This document shows, piece by piece, positions 9,392 to 19,351 of a stretch of 64,000 nt of DNA. A model generated the notes under the pieces. It worked only from the letters and a program-made list of their open reading frames with translations. It had not been told where the DNA came from and searched no databases. Each line of letters begins with the position of its first letter. The stretch's first letter is position 1. Source of the DNA: Candidatus Bathyarchaeota archaeon (lineage in GTDB: Archaea > Thermoproteota > Bathyarchaeia > Bathyarchaeales > Bathycorpusculaceae); the NCBI GenBank assembly GCA_963702095.1, contig OY969706.1:1920001-1984000 (forward strand), read 5' to 3'. The position numbers and the translations under genes were made by a program.

Positions 9392-11356
9392 ATGGCTGAA
9401 CAGCTAGATAACTATGGCAGTGCAATTATAGTTGATGCATCCACCAAAGAGCCTCTCGATAAAGGTGCGCTTCTTCAACTTTTAAAAACTCACCATGTCA
9501 ACACTAGACCCGTAGAAGAAGATGAAATTTCCCTCAAAGAGGTTATCCCTACTCTGCGGAAGGCTAAGGTTGCGCTGCCGGAAGCCTTCTTCAAAGACCT
9601 CTCTAAGATTCTGGGCATGGACTTTGTAAGCGATTCTGAAATCACCCAACTCTACAAACACGAGCAACAAAGCAAACTTGTCACAGTCCTACCCTACCCC
9701 ATAATCAGCAAATACAAAATTATACCTCTAGACATACAGGGCGCCATCGTACATTTAGCCGTCGACAACCCCTTAGACCAACGCGTTCTGGTCACCCTCC
9801 AGTACCTGTTTGCTCAATGGAGAATCAACCTCCACGTGGTGTCATCCAAATCAATCGAGTGGGCAATCGATAACATATACAGCGAAATCCACAAGAAAAA
9901 AGCAATGCTAGACCTCTACAACCGCACACCTAACCAATCCGCCTACCGAGTGCTCTACCCAAACCAGAAATACTTCCTCATAGCCCTAACCGCAGCAGTA
10001 GTTGTCTCTGCGATTATCAGCTCTGCCCTAACTTTCATGGTGTTATTCGCAGCCGTAAGCATAGCTTACTTCATTGCTAACCCCATCAGAATCTATATTT
10101 CAATCCGAGGCTTCAAAGGAGGCCGAGCGCCAACCAAAATCACACGAGGTGAAATGCTCTGGACCTCTGACGAAGACCTCCCAGTATACACTGTCCTAAT
10201 CCCTGTTTTCCATGAAGCCGGTGTTTTAGCCCAAAACCTCTACAACATGTACCGGCTAAACTACCCCAAAGACAAACTGGACATAAAAGTCCTCATGGAA
10301 GAAAGCGACGAAGAAACAATCAACGAAGCCAAAGCATTGGGCTTGTTCGGCCTACCCCAGAAAAAGATCGAAGGTATTCCAAGCGAGAAATACTCTGAGT
10401 TCCTCAAACTCTTTGACCCCATCATTATTCCAAAAGCAGCAGTGACAACGAAACCGCGTGCCTGCAACTATGGGCTGCTACGTGCAAAAGGCGAGTTATG
10501 TGTCATCTACGATGCAGAAGACAACCCCGACCCTGATCAACTCAAAAAAGCCGCGATCGTTTTTCTACGGTTGCCTAAAGATGTTGTTTGCTTGCAGTCC
10601 AAACTAAACTTCTACAATGCAGACGAAAACATCCTAACTAAATGGTTCAGCATTGAATATGCCAATTGGTACGAGTTCTATTTGCAAGGGCTAGATTGGA
10701 TAGACGCCCCTATTCCCTTGGGCGGTACCAGTAACCATTTCCGCAAACAAGGACTCGATGATTTGGGCAGATGGGACCCCTATAACGTAACAGAAGACGC
10801 TGACATAGGCATCCGATTGGCTAGGCAGAACCTCAAGACTGAAATGCTTGATTCCTACACTTACGAAGAGGCGCCTATTGCCGTTAAAAGCTGGATTGTC
10901 CAGCGGTCACGATGGTTTAAGGGTCATTTGCAAACCTACCTTGTGCATATGCGGCAACCCCATAAATTGTATAAGGATTTGGGCACCGCAAAATTCCTTA
11001 AACTCCAATTAACCTTTGGAACCAGCATATACGTGCCCCTTGTAAACCCCTTCCTGTGGGCTCTTATGGCACTGACATTGGTTATGCCAACCTCCTTTGC
11101 CTGGTTGGTTCCCAGTTACCTGCAGCCGATTTGCCTCTTCAACCTAGTCGTGGGCAACCTCTCATTCCTTTCAATTTACGTGATAGCCTGCGTGAAACTC
11201 AAGAAAAACCGCTACATCCCCTATGCGCTTCTTATGCCCTGTTACTGGGCACTTCTAAGTTTCGCAAGTTGGAGAGGCTTAATACAGTTAATCAGAAAAC
11301 CCTTCCAATGGGACAAAACAAGCCACGGCGTCTCAAAGCAACAAAAAAATAGCTAA
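9392..11356 (+). CDS. Processive GT2 glycosyltransferase with N-terminal GspE/PilB-N (T2SSE_N)-like domain
   Basis: YDAED, TED and QRSRW motifs, C-terminal TMs and WDKTSHG; N-terminal segment KYKIIPL...LAVDNPLD resembles T2SSE_N. Confidence 0.85.
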   Translation: MAEQLDNYGSAIIVDASTKEPLDKGALLQLLKTHHVNTRPVEEDEISLKEVIPTLRKAKVALPEAFFKDLSKILGMDFVSDSEITQLYKHEQQSKLVTVLPYPIISKYKIIPLDIQGAIVHLAVDNPLDQRVLVTLQYLFAQWRINLHVVSSKSIEWAIDNIYSEIHKKKAMLDLYNRTPNQSAYRVLYPNQKYFLIALTAAVVVSAIISSALTFMVLFAAVSIAYFIANPIRIYISIRGFKGGRAPTKITRGEMLWTSDEDLPVYTVLIPVFHEAGVLAQNLYNMYRLNYPKDKLDIKVLMEESDEETINEAKALGLFGLPQKKIEGIPSEKYSEFLKLFDPIIIPKAAVTTKPRACNYGLLRAKGELCVIYDAEDNPDPDQLKKAAIVFLRLPKDVVCLQSKLNFYNADENILTKWFSIEYANWYEFYLQGLDWIDAPIPLGGTSNHFRKQGLDDLGRWDPYNVTEDADIGIRLARQNLKTEMLDSYTYEEAPIAVKSWIVQRSRWFKGHLQTYLVHMRQPHKLYKDLGTAKFLKLQLTFGTSIYVPLVNPFLWALMALTLVMPTSFAWLVPSYLQPICLFNLVVGNLSFLSIYVIACVKLKKNRYIPYALLMPCYWALLSFASWRGLIQLIRKPFQWDKTSHGVSKQQKNS

Positions 11357-12045
11357 TGCGTGCCACCCTGATTGTCCATGATTTTGCTCCAAAATCTTCT
11401 TTTGGCAAAGATAAAAGAGGTAACACCCGTAATCAGCGTTGTAAACACTAGTATGACGTTGGCGGCTGTAACCCAACTGGGAACTTGTGTCATGGCAGCT
11501 AAAACTGCAAAAGACAGATACACAGAGAAGGCTCCGGTTACAATTTCCGCTGCAAAAATGGCTTTCCGCATACGATATGCCCCGGCTTTCATCCAGTTTA
11601 GAGTTGACTCAACCTTTTTGGAGGAATCAGGCAAATCGTCAAGTAACAAAGTCAAACCGCCTAGCATAAAAAACCTGCCCAAGTTTACCACCATGCTGGT
11701 GTCGTTGACAAAAAAAATCATAGTCAAGGGAGCAGGGGAAAAAACCAGCACAAAGGCGACAGCGCAGAGGATGACTAGGATTCCGTAGAAGTAGTGGTGA
11801 AAGAGAAACCTGCCTGTGTGGAGTTTTCTTCCGAGCAATGCGCTTGGGAATATGTTTATGACGGCTGCGATTATGGCGAGCCAGAATATGTTGCCGCTGA
11901 CCAAGTAAGGGTTGAAGGGCTGCCAATTTTGGTAGTACCAGTAGAACCCTGCCAAAACGCCCACGGAACATGCGATGGTGAGGAGCGCATTAAAAATTAG
12001 TGAAACACTGAATATTTTTTTACAAAGTATCCGCGCTCGAACCAT
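11353..12045 (-). CDS. Hypothetical membrane protein
   Basis: About 6 hydrophobic segments, FLFHHYFYG motif. Confidence 0.7.
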   Translation of the reverse strand: MVRARILCKKIFSVSLIFNALLTIACSVGVLAGFYWYYQNWQPFNPYLVSGNIFWLAIIAAVINIFPSALLGRKLHTGRFLFHHYFYGILVILCAVAFVLVFSPAPLTMIFFVNDTSMVVNLGRFFMLGGLTLLLDDLPDSSKKVESTLNWMKAGAYRMRKAIFAAEIVTGAFSVYLSFAVLAAMTQVPSWVTAANVILVFTTLITGVTSFIFAKRRFWSKIMDNQGGTH

Positions 12046-12192
12046 GCTGTGTCCTCGTTACTGGGATTCAAGAAAGCCAGAAGATTCACCTGCTCAAATA
12101 AAGTTTATGCCTGAATGATGCTGGAAACTGCAAAAAAATAAATGCAACTTTTAAAAAAACGGAGATAGAAATATTATCATGCGGTTTACTGA

Positions 12193-12912
12193 TTACATCT
12201 TAGGCGGAATGTAGGTTGTTGTACCATTCAATAGCATCGTTCCAACGACTTCTATCGGTGCAGAACCCAGCCACATGGGAATTGAGACACGCACCCATGA
12301 GGGCACATCAATATGCGACAAAGTAATTGTCCAGTTTGAACTTGGAATTACTGTTGTTTCGTTATGGGCAAAACCAGTAGCTATGGGGATAAACATCAAT
12401 GACATTGGCGGGATTGTAAAGTTACCTCCTAACGAATCTGGCAAAGTAACGTTAAAAGAGGCAGTCAAGTTAGCAAATAATGTTTGATCTTTCATCGAAA
12501 CCTGCAATTGACTCGCGTTAGCAGTGAAGAGATTCATCATAACTGGAGGCGTCCAAATGGGAGTACCATTGACTATACTTTTGACTGTAGACATAACAGT
12601 CTGATTAGTACCAGTCGAAACGATTGCAACCGGCAAATAAGAGTTCATTGTAGGCACCCAAAGATAAAATTCCATCACATTCGCGCCTTCAGTAGTCGAA
12701 GTGTTGTCGACCGCCATTATTGAAACCCTGAGGTTAACAGGATGACTTGGAACTCCTGGGGGTAACTGCATAGAAACAACAGCTCCGTTGCCGGTGTTTA
12801 CCAAGTTGTTTGATGGTATGGCTGTGGGTTGTGCTTGAGCAAAAATCGTAAGTGCAATTATTGTTACCATTGTTGATGCGAGAACAACCGCAATCGGAAT
12901 TCGTTTTCTCAA
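12193..12912 (-). CDS. Secreted hypothetical protein
   Basis: Signal peptide, many N-x-S/T sequons, GGAGGTGA ribosome-binding site upstream. Confidence 0.75.
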   Translation of the reverse strand: MRKRIPIAVVLASTMVTIIALTIFAQAQPTAIPSNNLVNTGNGAVVSMQLPPGVPSHPVNLRVSIMAVDNTSTTEGANVMEFYLWVPTMNSYLPVAIVSTGTNQTVMSTVKSIVNGTPIWTPPVMMNLFTANASQLQVSMKDQTLFANLTASFNVTLPDSLGGNFTIPPMSLMFIPIATGFAHNETTVIPSSNWTITLSHIDVPSWVRVSIPMWLGSAPIEVVGTMLLNGTTTYIPPKM

Positions 12913-13151
12913 CTAAAATCACCTCCAAAAAATCGTTGACTTGGGAAAATAGTTGAAGAAACCCGCCGCCTTTTTTGCGGTTTGGCGACGCACAATTTTC
13001 CATTTCCTTAAAGTCGCGGAATTATTAAAGGGTATTTTCAACCGTTAAACGTTCAAAGTGAGGGTACTCCAATCGCAAGAAAGACTGTCTTACGCTTCAA
13101 TGTTCTTTATGAAGAATAGCAATAAATTGGCTGCTTAATCAACAAAAATAC

Positions 13152-13571
13152 TCATGCGAGTAATAATTTGAAAATACCCAAAGCGAATCCAAGAAACGCT
13201 GTTGCAACAATAAATGTTCCACCCAAAAGCGCGGGGTAGAGTCTACTCGGTTTTAGCCCCAACAATCTACCCACTACCGCTAATTGTATTGGCGACAGGA
13301 CCAAAACACCCATTAGTATGCCAAAGGACCCGTACTTATCGATAATTTTTTGTCCTCTTCTGAGTCTTCTCTCGACCCAATTCCTGATGCCGACCCTCCA
13401 ATTCAGCAACTTATCCATAACAAGAACAACAATGATAATGGAAATAAAATTCAGTAGTATTGCAGCGGGAAAAACAACCACCGGATTGTACCCTACCCCC
13501 ACACCATAGATGATTCCCATGCCGCATTCAAGGAAAATGGACAACAATATGAAAAAGGCTATTTCGTACAC
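13152..13571 (-). CDS. Small multidrug-export-like membrane protein
   Basis: 4 TMs, KIIDKYGSFGILMGV...P pattern. Confidence 0.6.
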   Translation of the reverse strand: MYEIAFFILLSIFLECGMGIIYGVGVGYNPVVVFPAAILLNFISIIIVVLVMDKLLNWRVGIRNWVERRLRRGQKIIDKYGSFGILMGVLVLSPIQLAVVGRLLGLKPSRLYPALLGGTFIVATAFLGFALGIFKLLLA

Positions 13572-13700
13572 CGTTGTTCCATCAGGTTAGGGATTGCTCA
13601 GGAACTGAATATTAATTTTTTGGAAAATCAGGGAAAAACGTCAAGTTGGCTATGGAGTCTTTGAAGTTTCGACTCCGCGGGTTGGATTGTCACAGAGAGC

Positions 13701-13812
13701 CTGTTTTGGTGGGGGATAAGTGTTTTTCTCCACATGCCCTGCATAGTCCATGTTGAAACGGCAACGGTGTGTATGTGGCACAACGTACCCAACACTTTTT
13801 CCCCGCAAACGG
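13701..13812. repeat. Dispersed repeat family B, copy 1 (imperfect long hairpin)
   Basis: First ~58 nt align by eye with 51218-51275 at about 45/58; GGGGATAAGTGTT can pair with AACACTTTTTCCCC. Confidence 0.6.
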
Positions 13813-13851
13813 AAGAAAAAGCCTCAAAACAGATCTCAATGCGCCATTAAG

Positions 13852-14748
13852 TTAAGGATGAACACGCAGCCAATTCTTAACAACCTCAGAAACTGTCCGC
13901 TTCTGCTCAACACTGTACTTGGCGCTCATCTTTGGAATGATACTCTGGTAGAACCAGTGGTCAGCGTCACCGAACACATGAAGGTTTTTGTCGGTGGAAG
14001 CAAATTTCTCCAAAATCAACGTTGAACTACTGGGCAACGCAATGACATCTGACTCGCCATGCATTATCTGCACTGGCTTGTTGATTTTTGCGGCAGTTTC
14101 AGGCATCTTATCCACCAGTTTAGTTTGCACATTGAATAGGTAGCCTAAACCGAATTCTCTGGTGCAGAGCGGGTCTTCGGTGATGAGTGCGTATTCTTCG
14201 CTTCTGCGGAATGCTTCTGGCCACTTGTCAATTAAATCAAACATTTTGTGGTGTTGGATAGCTGGGGCAGCGGCCAGTTGGAGGGTGTCTGAGGTGGATA
14301 ATTTGAAGCCTGTCTCCAGGGGTGGCGAAGCAAGGATTAAACCGTCCAGTTGGTCAGGGTAGTAGGCGGCGTACCAAAGCGTGTAAGCGCAGCCTATGCT
14401 GTGCCCAAAAACATACAGTTTTTTGCCGGGGTTCCTGTTGTGAATGACGCTAACTACTTCATCGATGTCTTGTAGATGACGGTCAAACCCATGGGTGTCG
14501 CCTCTTGGTAGGTCAGGTTCTTTTGAGTTGCCAAAGCCTCGACGGTCAAAAGCGTACACTTCGGTGGAGAAGTTTGCTAGTTCAGGTCCCATGAATTGGA
14601 AAGCGCCTGAATGAACTTCGATGCCATGCATAAACAACACGACTCGTTCAGCCGCGCTTGTGGAGGGCCATCTTCTACAGAACAAATCGAAGTCATCGCT
14701 CATTCTGAGGCGTTCTTGCACTTGACCAAAAGCTTGAGGTGATTGCAT
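13852..14748 (-). CDS. Alpha/beta hydrolase (lysophospholipase/monoglyceride lipase-like)
   Basis: HGIEVH, FDRRGFG, GHSIG nucleophile elbow, HGESD, ADH. Confidence 0.9.
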   Translation of the reverse strand: MQSPQAFGQVQERLRMSDDFDLFCRRWPSTSAAERVVLFMHGIEVHSGAFQFMGPELANFSTEVYAFDRRGFGNSKEPDLPRGDTHGFDRHLQDIDEVVSVIHNRNPGKKLYVFGHSIGCAYTLWYAAYYPDQLDGLILASPPLETGFKLSTSDTLQLAAAPAIQHHKMFDLIDKWPEAFRRSEEYALITEDPLCTREFGLGYLFNVQTKLVDKMPETAAKINKPVQIMHGESDVIALPSSSTLILEKFASTDKNLHVFGDADHWFYQSIIPKMSAKYSVEQKRTVSEVVKNWLRVHP

Positions 14749-14883
14749 AATTTTAAAAACTCCACTCAGAAAAGGAGACTAGTGTATTTAGGGGTTTGTG
14801 ACTCTGGATGAGAACCACAAAACTACAGGACCCTCGCGTCCTAGGACACCAATGCAGATTTATTAGTTGATTACAAGTCTTAA

Positions 14884-15783
14884 ATGCCAACACCCAACCA
14901 CGGATTGTTAGTTATGTCCAAAGTTAATTCCATGCAGGAAAAAGCAAACGCCTTCGACCAAAACAACGCAGTAAAACGGGAAACTGAACTTGCATTCGGC
15001 TCACTTAAGCAGTTTAGACAGAAATATCCCTTCACTGAAAACCTCCGAGAAATCGAGTGGCTCAACCCTGACAAACTCTTCAAACTCAGCCCAGACGAAG
15101 TCGGCGAATTCTTCAAAAGCATCGAAGGCTTCCTAAAAAACCTCGGCTACACCCCACCCAACAGCTCCAACGTTTACCGCAACGCCCGACTCCAAATCAG
15201 CGACTTCAAAAACCTCCTACGCGCCGCCGTCGATGACCGCAAATCTTTGGCGCAGAAGGTGGATGCGCCATGGGAGCGAATCGGCGGCATAAGTCAAGAC
15301 AAAGCTCTGCCCAAAAAAATCATCTACTGCTTCAACTACGAAAAGGGCACCGTTTTGCCCATCTTTAGTAACCAGCATCTGCGGCACTTCACCAACCGCG
15401 TCGTGGATTACCCGACTGGGCAAACGAAGTATTTTTCGCATGGACAAGAATACGAATACTACACCACCGAGTTGCTGAAAACCAAAAACAGCCTTGCCAC
15501 CACTAAAGGCTGGAGTACACTTTACTTTGCCCGTTTTCTCTACGCAAGCTATCCACCGCCAGACAGCGAACCCATAGGCGATAATGCAGCTTCGGAGCGG
15601 AGACTCGGCGGCTTAGCAACCAACGAGCAGCTGGACCTGCAGGGTTTCATGAGGCTGCTTGGTGAACTACAGAAGCAGGGAAAAATCAATGGGGAACAAT
15701 TCAGGGAAAACAGGGCTTTATGGACCGCTCAGCCCAGTGAACGCGAAGCCCTAACAGAGCGGCTAAAGCGACTGCTTGCGTAG
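14884..15783 (+). CDS. Hypothetical protein
   Basis: 299-aa ORF with host-like codon usage; no family recognised. Confidence 0.7.
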   Translation: MPTPNHGLLVMSKVNSMQEKANAFDQNNAVKRETELAFGSLKQFRQKYPFTENLREIEWLNPDKLFKLSPDEVGEFFKSIEGFLKNLGYTPPNSSNVYRNARLQISDFKNLLRAAVDDRKSLAQKVDAPWERIGGISQDKALPKKIIYCFNYEKGTVLPIFSNQHLRHFTNRVVDYPTGQTKYFSHGQEYEYYTTELLKTKNSLATTKGWSTLYFARFLYASYPPPDSEPIGDNAASERRLGGLATNEQLDLQGFMRLLGELQKQGKINGEQFRENRALWTAQPSEREALTERLKRLLA

Positions 15784-17307
15784 TCACTGCGGGGTTGTGG
15801 TTAAGAATTGCTTGTTGTCCACTTTGCATAGGGTTCGGATGAAGTCTCGCCCCATCAGGGATACTGTGCTGAGCCCGATGATGCCGCCTGCCCACTGCCC
15901 CACCATGTAAAAGTTCCGTAGACCCGGCAATGTTTTGCTGACGCCGTTTTTAGTGACTTCTTTCTGGTATTCTTTGGGAGCTCCAAACGCTTGGCCTCCA
16001 TGGAAAGCGCCTGTCCAATGCACCGTTGAAATGGGCGTGACTACATCGCTTGCTTCGACGTTGCCTTGGAAGCCGGGGAAACGTTTCTCGAGTTGCTGCG
16101 CAATCAAATCCGCGACCCTCTGTTTCTCCACACGGTAACTCTCCGGGTTTTCTGAAAGGGCTTTCCAGTAATCGTAGTTGGATTCCATGACAACTTTGAC
16201 GACGGTTTTGCCTTTCGGCGCCATTGTGGGGTCAAAGTTGAAGATTTCAATGTCCAAGCGGTCTCTGGCGACGTCTTCGACTGTTATGGGTTCGTCGAGG
16301 AAACGTACAATCGCATGTGGTTCGCCTGAGAGTGCCATGTTGACGCCGTACCAGACTTCGAGCCCAAACGGTAGCGTCTTGGGGTAAGCTTTGTAGTAGG
16401 CGTTGATTAAGTCGTTGACGTATTTGCCGTCCAACATGCCAAAAATGGTTTGGTAGCCGTCGGCGTTAGAAACCACGCGATCCGCAAAGTGCTCGGAGTC
16501 ATCCTCCAACTGCACTCCCACGGCGGCGTTGTCTTTTACTATTATCTTCTTGACTCTCGCGCGATAGGTAATTTCTCCGCCCAACTCCAGATACCGCTTC
16601 TCGATATTTCTTGACAGCGCCATGGAGCCGCCGATGGGCCATCCGCCGTCGCCCTTGCTCTGCACTGAGAGGAAAATCAGCGGAACCAAGGTGGGCACTT
16701 CTCCAATGTCGTATTGTATAGTGGGGAAGGCTTTGCGCAAGAAAGGGTCGCTGAATTGTTCTGCGTAGGCCTTGAGCAGGAGTTTGCTGTACTTCATCAA
16801 CGAACCCATCAAAGGCAGCATCTTGAGTTTGGCTCCTGCACCACCGGTCATAGCAGCAAACAGGTCCTGCCCACCGAACTGCTTGATAGTTTTGACGAAT
16901 TCATCGATGAGTTTATGGTCTTGTGGCGAGAGTTCTTTTAGGTGGGCTCTGAGTTTTTCAGGGTCAGTATAGAGGCTGAGTACTTTGCCGTCTGCTTCTA
17001 CTTGAACGAACTCTTGGAAGCTGTAGGTCTCCAACCCACGGAGAGCGCCGAGTTCCTGCCATACCTGCGTGTAGACGGAGTGGACGGAGGGGTTGGTGGT
17101 TACGCCGAAGACGTTGTGGACGGCGTAGTCGAAGTTGTAGCCTTTGCGTTTCCAAGATACGCAGACGCCGCCGGGTTTATCCTGCATCTCGAAAATCTTT
17201 GTTTTGTAACCGTTCATTTGGGCATAGCAGCCCGTGGCTAAACCGCCTAAGCCAGCCCCGATCACGATTAATGAATTATTTGTCAATTGAATACTGCTCC
17301 ACGCCAA
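15784..17307 (-). CDS. FAD-dependent oxidoreductase, phytoene desaturase (CrtI)-like family
   Basis: IGAGLGGL, EMQDKPGG, GWPIGGS, LRNFYMVGQW motifs. Confidence 0.85.
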   Translation of the reverse strand: MAWSSIQLTNNSLIVIGAGLGGLATGCYAQMNGYKTKIFEMQDKPGGVCVSWKRKGYNFDYAVHNVFGVTTNPSVHSVYTQVWQELGALRGLETYSFQEFVQVEADGKVLSLYTDPEKLRAHLKELSPQDHKLIDEFVKTIKQFGGQDLFAAMTGGAGAKLKMLPLMGSLMKYSKLLLKAYAEQFSDPFLRKAFPTIQYDIGEVPTLVPLIFLSVQSKGDGGWPIGGSMALSRNIEKRYLELGGEITYRARVKKIIVKDNAAVGVQLEDDSEHFADRVVSNADGYQTIFGMLDGKYVNDLINAYYKAYPKTLPFGLEVWYGVNMALSGEPHAIVRFLDEPITVEDVARDRLDIEIFNFDPTMAPKGKTVVKVVMESNYDYWKALSENPESYRVEKQRVADLIAQQLEKRFPGFQGNVEASDVVTPISTVHWTGAFHGGQAFGAPKEYQKEVTKNGVSKTLPGLRNFYMVGQWAGGIIGLSTVSLMGRDFIRTLCKVDNKQFLTTTPQ

Positions 17308-17360
17308 TTTTTGGGCGTTAACTGTTAATAATATTTTCTACAACGGAAAACATCAATTTG

Positions 17361-18341
17361 TCAAGCCACCAAAAGGCTTACCACCAAGAACAACGCATAG
17401 AGAAAAACAAAGACCCAGCCCTCAAGGCGACCAATTTTTCGTCTCGCCAAAAAATACCAAAGCAACAGATTAGCTATCAAAGAGAAAAGAACAATCCTTG
17501 AAAAAGCGTTAACGTCGATGGTTGTGGGTGAAGACAGCAGAGTTACTCCAAGAATGGCGGTTATGTTTATGAAGCAACTGCCGATAATATTGCCCAGTGC
17601 AAGGTTGACCTGCCCCTTTCTAATCGACGCCAGACTCGTGGATAACTCGGGGACGCTTGTTCCAAACGCAACTATAGTTGCTCCTATAACGACGTTTGGA
17701 ATACCGACGCTGGCAGCCAAAAAAGTCGATGACTCAACAATCAGAAAAGAACAAAAAACAACGCCTAAAGTTCCCCCAATAGCCAAGGCGGTATACTTCC
17801 GAGCCGCCGTCTTCGAAGCAAGAGGCGACGTATTTGGCTCTAAGGGTGTCCTGACTTTGACCAGGCGATACATGTAATAGGCAAAAATTGCAAGCAACAC
17901 AACCCCTATTAGCCTGCTGGCATAGCCGATGTAGAGTAGGACCAAGGGAACCATTGAAGCAACCAACAAGCCAAAGTTGAGGCTGCCCCATTCTTCTTCA
18001 GCCATCTCAGAAACGGTCTTTAGGTTTTTGCGGTAGACTGAGGCAATAATGATAAAGCAGATTCCAAGCACCAAACAAATGTTGACGATGTTGGAGCCTA
18101 ACACGTTACCGATGGATACGCCGACGCTGCCCGGCGAAAGAACCGCGAAAACGGCGATAAGCAACTCTGGCAGCGAAGTCGAAAAAGCCACCAAAATGAA
18201 CCCGACACTGGTTTTTGACATTCCAGTCGTTTCCGCCACTCTTATGGAGTTGGAAACAGTAACGTTACTTGCCCAACTCAGAACAATGAGGGCACCTGCT
18301 AAAACAGCGATGTTCCCAAAAATGCCCAACTGCTCGAACAA
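17361..18341 (-). CDS. Ca2+/Na+ antiporter (CaCA, YrbG-like)
   Basis: Two alpha-repeats: STSLPE...GNVLGSN and GTSVPE...GNIIGS. Confidence 0.92.
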   Translation of the reverse strand: MFEQLGIFGNIAVLAGALIVLSWASNVTVSNSIRVAETTGMSKTSVGFILVAFSTSLPELLIAVFAVLSPGSVGVSIGNVLGSNIVNICLVLGICFIIIASVYRKNLKTVSEMAEEEWGSLNFGLLVASMVPLVLLYIGYASRLIGVVLLAIFAYYMYRLVKVRTPLEPNTSPLASKTAARKYTALAIGGTLGVVFCSFLIVESSTFLAASVGIPNVVIGATIVAFGTSVPELSTSLASIRKGQVNLALGNIIGSCFINITAILGVTLLSSPTTIDVNAFSRIVLFSLIANLLLWYFLARRKIGRLEGWVFVFLYALFLVVSLLVA

Positions 18342-18514
18342 CCAAAAAACTCCAAAAATACTACCTCTTTTATCTTATTAAAATGGTCGTGTCACACAGG
18401 GATAGAGCAAAAAGCGAGAAAAGCGGGATTGACTGATAAACGCCGTGAACTACGTGTTTGTTTCTTCAACCGAAAAGGTGGAGGTAGAGCTTGTTATGGT
18501 GGCTTTCGAGCTTC

Positions 18515-18817
18515 TCAGGGTTGGTACTCGGTTATTTCTTTGCTTGCACCCAAATCTTTGAGTGGAGGCGTCATAGTCACAACGTCGCCGACAGCCTGAA
18601 CCATCTTTGTTGGGATACAAACGGTTGAGCTCCGAAACCGTTTCTTAAAGCCCAGTTCTGTAGCAGCGGTATCGGATAGTTTAACGTACAACTGTGGAAC
18701 TTGCCATGTTGTGGTGTCTAAGATAGCACCTTTTACTTCGCCTACGATGAAGCCGCCAGTTCCAATAACTTGTTTACCAATAATTGTTTCAAAACTTATC
18801 ATATTATTCACCAACAA
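18515..18817 (-). CDS. PRC-barrel domain protein
   Basis: IIGKQVIGTGGFIVGEV...IP...VQAVGDVV. Confidence 0.85.
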   Translation of the reverse strand: MLVNNMISFETIIGKQVIGTGGFIVGEVKGAILDTTTWQVPQLYVKLSDTAATELGFKKRFRSSTVCIPTKMVQAVGDVVTMTPPLKDLGASKEITEYQP

Positions 18818-18947
18818 ATCACTAACCCTTTAAACTTGGGTTTACCTGCATACTCCAATTTCAATTAATTTCCTGAGAATATAAAGCTTGTTACTCAAAG
18901 TTAGAGCAGTTAGCTAAACTGAGGAAACAGCGTAAAACAGAGCAAAT

Positions 18948-19025
18948 TGGCGGGCCCGACGGGAATTGAACCCGCGACCTAAGGATTAAGAGTCCTCCGC
19001 TCTAGCCTGACTGAGCCACGGGCCC
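18948..19025 (-). tRNA. tRNA-Lys (CTT), intronless, encoded CCA
   Basis: Reverse complement GGGCCCGTGGCTCAGTCAGGCTAGAGCGGAGGACTCTTAATCCTTAGGTCGCGGGTTCAATTCCCGTCGGGCCCGCCA folds as a cloverleaf with anticodon CTT. Confidence 0.97.
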
Positions 19026-19153
19026 ACACGCACTCTAAGAACAGCAGGGAATATTTATGCCCATTGATTTGCTCATAGAGTGTTTTTCATAGTTTCTGTT
19101 GATAAATAAAAACCCTTTGCAGCACCGTCAGCCCTTGCTTGCAGCAACGTCAA

Positions 19154-19285
19154 TTCTGCTTGAGAAAAACGCCTCAACCAAACCGCAACCCAAAACACAA
19201 CCCCCCAGCAAAACACAAACCATCCCGCAGTCCACAGGAAGAAGATGAGTAAGGGCGGCGCTGCCTTCTTCTTTAATACTAGAAA
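19154..19285 (+). repeat. Dispersed repeat family A, copy 1
   Basis: TTCTGCTTG-N12-CAACCA...GAAGAAGATGAGTAAGGGCGGCGCTGCCTTCTTC...CTAGAAA, shared with four other loci. Confidence 0.85.
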
Positions 19286-19351
19286 CAAGAGCCGTTTGTT
19301 ACTGCAGCCTGATGCAGACAAGACTAATAGCATCGAGGCACCACTCTTATT

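Noticed and set aside
12930-13005. Fluoride or c-di-GMP riboswitch in the leader of 12193-12912 (TCGCCAAACCGC...GGCGGCG hairpin)
   Set aside because: A hairpin is possible, but the conserved GGCGATGG and CTGATG (fluoride) or GCAAA/GAAA (c-di-GMP-I) elements are missing
18948-19025. tRNA-Lys as integration site for the accessory region
   Set aside because: No duplicate of its 3' end was found and the flanking genes look like core genes
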